From an uncultured Gemmatimonadales bacterium (GTDB lineage Bacteria; Gemmatimonadota; Gemmatimonadetes; Longimicrobiales; Gaopeijiaceae), in contig CAVVTW010000005.1 of NCBI GenBank assembly GCA_963751255.1, forward strand, positions 102,189 to 166,188: 64,000 nt of DNA, in the 5' to 3' direction. The notes below the pieces were generated by a model. It ran no database searches and was not told the DNA's origin. It worked only from the letters and a program-made list of their open reading frames with translations. Below are positions 1 to 7,035 of this stretch, piece after piece (positions within the stretch are counted from its first letter, which is position 1; each line of letters begins with the position of its first letter). Both the position numbers and the translations under genes were made by a program.

Positions 1-129
1 GGGCTCCGGAGGCGGGGAGCCACACAGATCTACGTGAGCTCGGGGACCGGCTTCTGGGGCCCTCCCATGCGCCTGGGAACCACGGCGGAGATCGCCCTCC
101 TCACCCTACGGGCACCCGAAGCTCGCTGA
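1..129 (+). CDS. 3' end of a metallophosphoesterase-like gene (5' part outside the window)
   Basis: Frame 1 is open from base 1 and reads ...QIYVSSGTGFWGPPMRLGTTAEIALLTLRAPEAR, with stop TGA at 127-129. The tail resembles YkuE/calcineurin-like phosphoesterase C-termini (from memory). Only 42 codons are visible. Confidence 0.45.
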   Translation, partial: GLRRRGATQIYVSSGTGFWGPPMRLGTTAEIALLTLRAPEAR

Positions 130-179
130 GCGGGGCCGGACGCCGGAAAGGACCCCTTCCGACCGGCCGGTCCCCGGCC

Positions 180-1018
180 TTGATCGGCCGTGGCCCTTTC
201 CTTTTGCAGAGCGCGGACATCAACACGCTCTACGACAACGCCCACCGACTCGGGGATCGGCTCAGCACCCTGCCCGAGCTTCAGGACCTGACCAGCGACC
301 TCCTCGTGGCCAACCCCGAGGTGAAGGTGGACCTGGACCGGGCCGCCTCCCTCGGGGTGACGGCGGCCCAGATCGAAAGCGCTCTCTACGACGCCTACGG
401 ATCTCGACAGGTCTACACGATCTATACCCCAACGACGAATACCAGGTGATCATGGAGCTCCTGGCCGTCGCGGTGTTCGTGATCTACATCGTGCTGGGGA
501 TCCTCTACGAGAGCTTCATCCACCCCTTGACCATCCTTTCGGGTCTCCCCTTCGCGGCTTTCGGGGCCCTTCTCACCCTTCTGGTCTTCCACGTGGACCT
601 GGGGGTCTATGCCTTCGTGGGGCTGATCAAGCTGGTGGGCCTGGTGAAGAAGCACGCCATCACGATGATCGATTTCGCCCTGGACGCCGAGCGCCGGCGC
701 GGCCTCCCTCCGGCCCAGGCCATCGAAGAGGCTTGCAGCATCCGCTTCCGGCCTATCATGATGACCACGATGTCGGCGCTGATGGCCACTTTGCCCATCG
801 CCATCGGTCTGGGTGCCGGAGGCGAATCCCGCCGCCCCCTGGGGGTGGCGGTCGTGGGGGGACTCGCGTTCTCTTCGCTCGTGACCCTCTACGTAACCCC
901 CGTTGTCTACACCTACCTGGACACCTGGCAGGGTAAGGTCCGCGCCCACTTCCGGCGGAGTCCCGAGGAAGCAGCCACTCGTGCGCAGGAGTTGGGAGCC
1001 TCCCCAGAGGCGACCTGA
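180..1018 (+). pseudogene. Remnant of an RND (AcrB/MdtB/MdtC-type) efflux permease. Only the C-terminal quarter is present, with one frameshift and a ~100-codon internal deletion.
   Basis: ORF 180-449 gives ...LSTLPELQDLTSDLLVANPEVKVDLDRAASLGVTAAQIESALYDAYGSRQVYTIYTP. A 1-nt loss near 429-431 is needed to read PNDEYQVIMEL. That runs straight into LAVAVFVIYIVLGILYESFIHPLTILSGLP (ORF 446-1018), which in intact pumps lies ~100 aa further on. No N-terminal ~750 aa is present. Confidence 0.75.
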
Positions 1019-1067
1019 CCCGTGGAGCGCGATCGGCTCTCACAACCGAAGGGAGAGGAGAGAATCC

Positions 1068-1553
1068 ATGGACGGGGCGAAGAGCATCGAGCTGTTGAAC
1101 AGCGGCGTGGCCGACGAGCTGCAGGCCGTGCACCAGTACATGTATTGGCATTTTCATCTGGACGACCAGGGCTTCGGGCCCCTGGCGGCCATGTTCAGGC
1201 GGATCGCTATCGTGGAGATGGGCCACGTGGAGATCCTCGCGGAGCGGATCCTCTTCCTCAAGGGTGAGGTGGAGATGGTGGCGGCCGGGCCGGTGGAGAA
1301 GATCACCGAACCCGAGGAGATCGTCGCAAGGGCGGCAAAGATGGAAGACGACGCCGTGGGCACCTATAACCGGGCTGCCGTCCAGTGTGGACAGAACGCC
1401 GACGCGGCCACCAAGCAGGTCTTCGAGGCCCTGGTCAACGACGAGGAAAGCCACTTCGACGAGTTCGACAGGCAGCTCGACAACATCAAACGCTTCGGAC
1501 CGAGCTACCTGGCCCTCCAGTCCTTCAACACCAGTGGGGCGGCGGGCGAGTAG
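1068..1553 (+). CDS. bfr: Bacterioferritin
   Basis: 161 aa beginning MDGAKSIELLNSGVADELQAVHQYMYWHF. Di-iron ligands and the heme Met are in the expected contexts (ADEL, VEMGH, KMEDDA, NDEESH). RBS GGGAGAGGAG lies 6 nt upstream of ATG 1068. The longer 903 start in the ORF track is upstream read-through. Confidence 0.9.
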   Translation: MDGAKSIELLNSGVADELQAVHQYMYWHFHLDDQGFGPLAAMFRRIAIVEMGHVEILAERILFLKGEVEMVAAGPVEKITEPEEIVARAAKMEDDAVGTYNRAAVQCGQNADAATKQVFEALVNDEESHFDEFDRQLDNIKRFGPSYLALQSFNTSGAAGE

Positions 1554-1699
1554 GCCGGAAACAGGCAGGTAGGGACACAATCGACGTCGGGGTTCCGGGG
1601 GGCCGGCGGCCGTTGGCCTGGGCTCCACCCTGGCCACCCTGCTCCCGGCCGGTCCGGGCGCGCCAGACGGCCCATTCCGGCAACCCTCGGACGTCCCTC

Positions 1700-2209
1700 T
1701 CCGGCAACCCCATCCTCCCGGCTGGTACGATCTCTTCTTCTCGACCAACGACATCCAGAGCGACGAGGAGATCGGCGGCATCGGCGTGGCCCGGGCCCGC
1801 ACCGCCGGCGGTCCGTTCAAGGACTTCATGGGAAAGCCGCTCATCGGGACCTTCCACAACGGGGCCCGGCCCATCGACCCCTTCGTGTTCCGGGATACCG
1901 ACGACACCTCCTACATGGCCCACGGCGGGTGGGGCCACTGCAGCACCGCCCGGCTGAACGACGACTCTACCGAATTCGTCCCCTTCGACGGCGGCGCCAC
2001 GTTCCGGGGGATCATCCCGGAGGGGCACGTAGAGCGCTCCTTCATGCTGTTGACGGACGGGAGGTACTACCATGTGGTCGGTGGGCGGCGGGACGGGGCT
2101 GAACTACGCGGTGGCCTCCGCCGTGCCGACCCCGCCCGCGGGCCCGTTCAGGCGCGTGGGCAAGATCCTCGAGCAGAACCCCGACGTGGCGACCGGGGCC
2201 GGCCATCAT
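1700..2209 (+). pseudogene. GH43-family glycoside hydrolase remnant (internal deletion, frameshifts, 3' truncation)
   Basis: GNPILPG (1703-1720) shifts frame into WYDLFFSTNDIQSDEEIGGIGVARARTAGGPFKDFMGKPLIGTFHNGARPIDPFVFRD...GGWGHC...LNDD. The ~90 aa normally found between the NPILPGWY motif and the (Y)FFxxNDIQSD motif are missing. A second shift near 2068-2075 gives MWSVGGGTGLNYAVASA...GPFRRVGKILEQNPDVATGAGHH. The gene then stops at the IS junction. Confidence 0.7.
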
Positions 2210-2602
2210 GGGTCCGATCCGCGACGAAGTCATTCGACCAGAGGTTATGCTTGTACAAAGGCCTCAGCCGGATGCAAGGTCCATCGTTCAGCCAGATCCG
2301 GCCCCGTTTCGGTTGCTTCCTTGGCGCCTTCAGCCCCTCCTGCCTCCAGATCCGCTCCACCCGTTTGTGATTCACTCTCCACCCCTCGGCCCTCAGCCTC
2401 CCCGTGATCATCCGATACCCATCGCGCCCGAACCGCCCGGCCAGGTCCAAGACATCATCCCTCAAGGCCTCCTCGTCAGCTCTCCCCTTCGGACTCCGTC
2501 TCTGAGTTCACCGGGCCTGGCGGAGGACTCGACAGAGTCTCCTCTCGCTCGCCCCAAGCTCCTGGCGTGCTCTCACCACACATCGCCTCCGGCGCTCGGG
2601 GC
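2199..2602 (-). pseudogene. IS3-family transposase orfB, N-terminal fragment with in-frame stop
   Basis: Reads ...ARQELGASERRLCRVLRQAR*TQRRSPKGRADEEALRDDVLDLAGRFGRDGYRMITGRLRAEGWRVNHKRVERIWRQEGLKAPRKQPKRGRIWLNDGPCIRLRPLYKHNLWSNDFVADRTHDGR. The in-frame TGA is at 2508-2510 (complement). The catalytic domain is absent. Confidence 0.7.
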
Positions 2603-2883
2603 TCAGGAGTTTCCCTGGGCGGCCTCTTTCAAGATCAGGTTATCAAGGGTCAGGTCCGCCACTGCGCGCTTCAGGCGTTGGTTCTCTTTCTCGAGCTCCT
2701 TGAGCTTCTTGGCCTGAGCCGTGTTCATCCCGCCGTATTCCCGTCTCCAGCGGTAGTACGTGTGCTCGCTGACGCCCAGGGTCTTGCAGACCTCCCGGAC
2801 CGACTTCCCGTTGGCAGCTCCACCCCCGCCCTTGGGAGCGCGTTGGTAATCTGGCTCGGGGTGGCGTTCTCTCGTCTCGCCAT
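2603..2883 (-). pseudogene. IS3-family transposase orfA (HTH/leucine-zipper part), frameshifted near its 5' end
   Basis: ATG 2883 gives MARRE. Reading on in another frame gives ...RHPEPDYQRAPKGGGGAANGKSVREVCKTLGVSEHTYYRWRREYGGMNTAQAKKLKELEKENQRLKRAVADLTLDNLILKEAAQGNS, with stop at 2603-2605. Confidence 0.7.
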
Positions 2884-2951
2884 CTCGTTCCCTCTCCTGG
2901 TTGGAACCAGCCCCAACCTACAACACCTCTGAGACTGGACTCGGTCTCGTT

Positions 2952-3100
2952 TCAGAGGGGCATGCCACTCTCCCGAATCCGCTCATCCGGATCCAACACC
3001 ACCGAGCCCTGGCCGTCATAGAAAGAGCCCACCGGTAACCGGAACCGGGGCTCTCCCCGCCTCGCTTGACCAGGGCCTAGCGAGAAGGAGCTGATCAGTC
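2952..3100 (-). pseudogene. Scrap of a (large) serine recombinase gene, cut by the IS3 end
   Basis: The minus ORF ends ...GQARRGEPRFRLPVGSFYDGQGSVVLDPDERIRESGMPL*. The P.G..YD..G..VLDPDE pattern resembles the start of the Recombinase domain (P.GY....G.LVIDPEE). The stop codon TGA 2952-2954 is supplied by the IS terminal TGA. No catalytic N-domain is present. Confidence 0.35.
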
Positions 3101-3140
3101 CCCCGGCTCCCTTGGCCGAGCGGCCTTCCCTCGTTATCAT

Positions 3141-3186
3141 TTCGCAATACCGCGTTTCGCTCAATTGCGATTCGCGCTTTTGCGAA
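3141..3186. promoter_or_regulatory. Cluster of TTGCGA(A)/TTCGCAA half-sites upstream of the ATPase gene (possible operator)
   Basis: TTCGCAAT 3141-3148, AATTGCGA 3163-3170, TTCGCG 3171-3176 and TTGCGAA 3180-3186. These are mutually inverted copies in a locally AT-richer stretch 20-65 nt before ATG 3207. Confidence 0.3.
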
Positions 3187-3206
3187 GCAACCAGACGGGA
3201 GCACAC

Positions 3207-4355
3207 ATGGCGGCGTCACCTTTTCGCGTCGGCGGTCCGGTGACCGGGGAGTTCTTCACGAACCGGTCAGGGGAGGTGAACGAACTGCTGAACGCCATGA
3301 GGCACCCCACGCGGCTCCTGATCCGGGGAGCGCGGCGCCAGGGAAAGACGTCCGCAATGGCGCAGGCCGCGCGGCGCTTCCGCGAAGCTGGCGGCATTCT
3401 TCTCTGGGCCGACCTGTCCACGATCGCCACTTTCTCGGATCTGCGGGATCGTCTTCTCTCCTCTCTTCCGAAGGGCTTCTTCGGAATTCTCGAGGGTCTT
3501 CCCGACCTCGTCCCCATCCTCGAGGTCGTGGTCTCGGATCCGGCTACCGGTGCTCTGGCCTACCGCTTCCGGACCGGCACGGCACGCCGGCAGGACCCGG
3601 GAGTCAGGGAACAGGTGCGCCTTCTCCTTCGGGCTATCGATCAGCGGAGGGGGGAGATCGCCAAGCCGATCGCGATCGTGTTGGACGAGATCCAAGCGGT
3701 TCTCTCCATCAGTGAAGAGCGCCCCGACTGGTTCCTGAGGGATCTCATGCAGTCGGCTCCGGATATCAGCTTTCTATGTGCTGGATCCCAACCGTCGATC
3801 CTGGAGGCCATGGCGAACGAGAAGGACGCTGCGTTCTTCCGATTCTTCGCCCTCGGCCCGGTGTTCGGGCCCATGGACAAGGACCATTTGGCCAACTGGA
3901 TTGCCCACCGCATGACGGAGGCCGGGGTCGCGTGTGGGGTCAAGAGCGCCATGGCCATCGCTCGGATCGGTGACCGGACTCAGGACATTATTCAGTATGC
4001 CGATGCTGTGTTCTCCGAGTCCCGGGCGACGGGCCGAGTGGACGAGGCCACACTGGACAACGCCCTGCGATCCCTCCTCAGGAAAGAGCACGATCGATAC
4101 CTGCGAGTGTGGGAGGCGTTGTCGTCGAACCAGCGGATCGGGCTTCGGGCCATCGCCTCCGGCATTGAGGATCTCTTCGCGCACGACAATCAGATCGGAT
4201 TGGCGCCCAGCAGCCTTCACCGCGTGGTAGGGGCTCTGCGGAACCGCAGAATCCTCGCGGATGGCCCTCCGGAGCCGGAGATAGACGATCCGCTCTTCCG
4301 TGAATGGATCCTGCGGTATGCTATGCCTGGAAGCGTCATGGAGGATGTCCTCTAG
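3207..4355 (+). CDS. AAA-type ATPase of the 'archaeal ATPase'/DUF234-like kind (P-loop NTPase with C-terminal winged-helix-like tail)
   Basis: Walker A is GARRQGKTS and Walker B is IAIVLDEIQ. The C-terminus reads ...LHRVVGALRNRRILADGPPEPEIDDPLFREWILRY. RBS GGGAG lies before ATG 3207. The track's TTG 3165 start is less likely. Confidence 0.6.
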   Translation: MAASPFRVGGPVTGEFFTNRSGEVNELLNAMRHPTRLLIRGARRQGKTSAMAQAARRFREAGGILLWADLSTIATFSDLRDRLLSSLPKGFFGILEGLPDLVPILEVVVSDPATGALAYRFRTGTARRQDPGVREQVRLLLRAIDQRRGEIAKPIAIVLDEIQAVLSISEERPDWFLRDLMQSAPDISFLCAGSQPSILEAMANEKDAAFFRFFALGPVFGPMDKDHLANWIAHRMTEAGVACGVKSAMAIARIGDRTQDIIQYADAVFSESRATGRVDEATLDNALRSLLRKEHDRYLRVWEALSSNQRIGLRAIASGIEDLFAHDNQIGLAPSSLHRVVGALRNRRILADGPPEPEIDDPLFREWILRYAMPGSVMEDVL

Positions 4356-4436
4356 CGCGGATGGGGTACCTCTCAGCGTCAGAAGGCAGCCCGGAGCTAC
4401 GCTCGCTTGGCGGTGCTGTGACGTGGATCCGGCGAG

Positions 4437-4459
4437 CTGGCCGCCTCAGGAGCGGCCAG
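4437..4459 (+). terminator. GC hairpin downstream of the ATPase gene
   Basis: CTGGCCGC-CTCAGGA-GCGGCCAG gives a perfect 8-bp stem. There is no U-tract. Confidence 0.3.
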
Positions 4460-4807
4460 ACCGGGCCCCTGGGCGGGGGAGGAATCGGACGATGGCGGCG
4501 CCGCCCGGGCCCCGGAGAGCCGAAGGCAACCGAGGTGCGGCCCTCCGCCGCGGCGACCTGACCGAGGCACCTCGAGATCTACCCCGCCTTCGCCCACGAG
4601 GCCAATCTCATGGCCAAGGGTGTGCCCAACCACGTGGAGAAGGAGTTCCGAGACCGCGCTTGAGGCACCCTTCACAACAACCCGCCGGGGGCGCACCCGG
4701 AAAGCGCCAGATCGCTCTTCCCTGGCCCAAGAACCCCACCCCGGCCCACCGTGGCCACCGTGCAGCTTGACGCATGGACGTCGAGTTCGATATCCCTGTC
4801 CATGCGT

Positions 4808-4881
4808 GGCGTTCTCCTTCCTGGAGGGTGAGTACTGTACGTCCGCAAACGACAGTGTGTCCCCTCCCGTCGGAGAACGCC
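4808..4881 (-). terminator. Long imperfect hairpin 9 nt after the lemA stop
   Basis: GGCGTTCTCC (4808-4817) pairs with GGAGAACGCC (4872-4881). Inner pairs are GGAGGG 4823-4828 with CCCTCC 4862-4867, and ACTGT with ACAGT. There is no U-tract. Confidence 0.4.
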
Positions 4882-4890
4882 ATTCCTTGT

Positions 4891-5499
4891 TCAGGCTGTT
4901 GGTCCCGGGGCCTCCTCGATCCGATCCCCAGGTCCCCGGAGACCCTCCACCCTGGGCACCACTCTCTCGGCCGAGTCATCCAGCTCGAAGAAGCCGGCGG
5001 GCTTCACCGACATGAGGGCGGCGATGAGATTCGTGGGAATGCTCTCCCGGAGAACGTTCAGCGTCCGGGCGTTCCCGTTGTAGAACCGCCGGGCGGCGGC
5101 GATCCGGTCCTCCGTGAGAGCCAGCTCCTTCTGGAGAGCCAGGAAGTTGCGGTTGGCCTTCAGCTCGGGATAGGCCTCGGCCACGGCGAACAGGCTCTTC
5201 ACTCCCCGCATCAGCTCCGACTCGTCCCGGGCCTGGGAGTCCGGGGCTCCATGGTTGCTCGCGGCCCGGTTCCTGAGCTCCACGATGCGCTCCAGAACCT
5301 CCCGCTCGTGGTGAGCGTAGCCCTGGACGGTCCTGACCAGGTTGGGAATGAGGTCGTAGCGCCGCTTGAGTTCCACGTCGATGTCGGACCAGCTTTCCCT
5401 CATGTGCTGCCGGAGCCGCACGAACCGGTTGGTGGTGGCGACGGCCCAGATCACGGTCACGGCCAGGACACCGAGGACGACGGCCAGGGAAGGGGTCAT
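4891..5499 (-). CDS. lemA: LemA family membrane protein
   Basis: 202 aa reading MTPSLAVVLGVLAVTVIWAVATTNRFVRLRQHMRESWSDIDVELKRRYDLIPNLV...AEAYPELKAN.NF..LQ.EL..TEDRIAAARRFYN. This is a textbook LemA pattern. The rest of the 488-aa track ORF is upstream read-through. Confidence 0.9.
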   Translation of the reverse strand: MTPSLAVVLGVLAVTVIWAVATTNRFVRLRQHMRESWSDIDVELKRRYDLIPNLVRTVQGYAHHEREVLERIVELRNRAASNHGAPDSQARDESELMRGVKSLFAVAEAYPELKANRNFLALQKELALTEDRIAAARRFYNGNARTLNVLRESIPTNLIAALMSVKPAGFFELDDSAERVVPRVEGLRGPGDRIEEAPGPTA

Positions 5500-6194
5500 G
5501 TCTTCGGTCCGTGCCGGGAGGGGAGTTCGCGCGTGAGGTGCTCCGGCCACAATTCCAGGAACGCCTGGAACCAACCCGGCGCTCCGGCGAAGGTGTCGGG
5601 ATCCCAGCGACCCAATCCCTCCCGAATCAGGCACACGTCGTCCAGGATCTCGATCCGGGGCGTGGGCCCCTGGAGGAGGAAGCGCATCATCCGCGGGTGG
5701 ATGACGTCGTAGGCGAAGCGCTTGTCCCCGCTCTTCACCCAGAAGGCGCGACTGAACTCCTCGGACTCGAAGTCGATGTCGTCGAATCCGAGCCCGCCCA
5801 CGAGCTTGTCCCCGATCCCCTCCTTCCGGATCAACAGGTCCGGTGTGCCCACGAAGGGAAGCTGGAAGGTGGCGTAGCTGATGCGATGGGTCTGCCGACT
5901 CTTCCCCGACCCCGTGACGTAGCTGTAGTCCCCCATGTGCACGTAGACCGGGCGGCCGGCGAGGGTCATGGTGCCGTAGAGCGCGTTGTACCCCCGCCGG
6001 GACCTGCCCTTCTGGAACGCCGAGTGGCGAAATCTCCGGTGCAGGGCACGGTTGTCGCCGGGATCGAAGGTCAGGCCCAGGCGACCGGCCAGCGCCGCCA
6101 GGGCTTCTCGCCGTTTCTGCGCCCCCAGGTAGCTGAAATAGAGGATGACGGCGGCGGCAACCGCGACCAGGGCGAGAGGAAGCACATGGTTCAT
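5496..6194 (-). CDS. Membrane-anchored protein, DUF3137-like (usual LemA partner)
   Basis: 232 aa with an N-terminal TM (MNHVLPLALVAVAAAVILYFSYL). Its stop overlaps the lemA start (ATGA at 5496-5499). The family name comes from my memory of LemA neighbourhoods. Confidence 0.6.
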   Translation of the reverse strand: MNHVLPLALVAVAAAVILYFSYLGAQKRREALAALAGRLGLTFDPGDNRALHRRFRHSAFQKGRSRRGYNALYGTMTLAGRPVYVHMGDYSYVTGSGKSRQTHRISYATFQLPFVGTPDLLIRKEGIGDKLVGGLGFDDIDFESEEFSRAFWVKSGDKRFAYDVIHPRMMRFLLQGPTPRIEILDDVCLIREGLGRWDPDTFAGAPGWFQAFLELWPEHLTRELPSRHGPKT

Positions 6195-6355
6195 CGTGCC
6201 TCAAGGTAGGCCTGCCCTCCCGGCGATGGCCAGCCCCGCGACTCCGGCGCGAGAAGGTGCACGATCGGCCCCGGAGCCGTATTCTGTCCTCCGTTCGATT
6301 TCTGGACCCGGGGGTCAGGCTCTCAGCCCCCGGGGAGGCGTGGAAGGAGGATCCC

Positions 6356-7030
6356 ATGAAGCGACGCCACCCAAGGACATTCTGGCCAATTCCCGTGATC
6401 CTGCTCCTCGGACTGGGGTCGCTTCTGCAGGCTTGTGCGGAGCAGAGCTCCGGCGCAGCCGCCTCGGCCGGGGACGCCGACGGAGCCGACGTGCCGGAAA
6501 CGGCTCAGGAGACCCCTGCGGGGACCGTCGATGGAGCCTCCGCGGCCGCCGGCGAGAACGGGCACGTCGTGAGCCCCGCCGGGGCCGTCGACGCCAATGC
6601 CGTCCTGGCGGCGGGACTCGCCGAAGCCGACCGCACGAAGCGCCTCGTGTTCCTCCACTCGGGAGCCTCCTGGTGAAGTTGGTGTCGCCGGCTGGAGGCC
6701 TGGCTCGTGCGGGACGACATCGCGCCCATCTTCTCCAAGGATTTCGTGGACGTGAAGATCGACGTGGAGGCGATGGAGGGGGGAAAGGAGCTGATGTCGC
6801 GCTACAACGGCGGCTACAGCGGACTGCCCTGGCTCGCCATCCTGCGACCGCCCGACGGAACGGTGGTGATCACGTCGGACGACCCCGAGAAGGGGAACAT
6901 CGGCTCCCCCCAGGCCGACTGGGAGATCGAGCACTGGAACCGAATGATGCGGGCGGCGGCCCAGCGCATCACGGAGGAGGAGATCGAGTACATGGGGGCC
7001 ACCTGGGCGGAGGACCGCAAGGCGCCCTGA
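6356..7030 (+). CDS. Thioredoxin-fold lipoprotein with in-frame TGA (6674-6676) at the first Cys position of CxxC. Either a candidate selenoprotein or a nonsense pseudogene.
   Basis: ORFs 6257-6676 and 6707-7030 are in the same frame. Read-through gives ...KRLVFLHSGASW[TGA]SWCRRLEAWLVRDDIAPIFSKDFVDVKIDV..., where relatives read ASWCGWC. The lipobox is LLQAC. RBS GGAAGGAGG lies before ATG 6356. Confidence 0.6.
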
Positions 7031-7035
7031 CCCCC

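Larger units (their letters stand above)
2196..2954 (-). mobile_element. Truncated, inactivated IS3-family insertion sequence (left end, orfA and start of orfB only; no DDE domain)
   Basis: The minus strand starts at 2954 with TGAAACGAGACCGAGTCCAGTCTCAGAGG (a TGA... terminus typical of IS3-family IRs). orfA and the N-terminal OrfB follow. The element ends abruptly at ...WSNDFVADRTHDGR, where the rve/DDE core should begin. Confidence 0.75.

Noticed and set aside
756-1907. Long alternative-frame and antisense ORFs throughout the six-frame track. Examples are 756-1907(-), 6145-7329(+), 7366-8838(+), 8120-9427(-), 13939-15672(+), 17095-18396(-), 39502-41625(-), 44276-45628(-), 46793-48283(-), 59843-60934(-) and 60772-63168(+).
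   Set aside because: Their translations are Arg/Gly/Pro/His-rich low-complexity strings with no recognisable motifs. They overlap genes with clear family signatures on the other strand or frame. This is typical of shadow ORFs in high-GC DNA.
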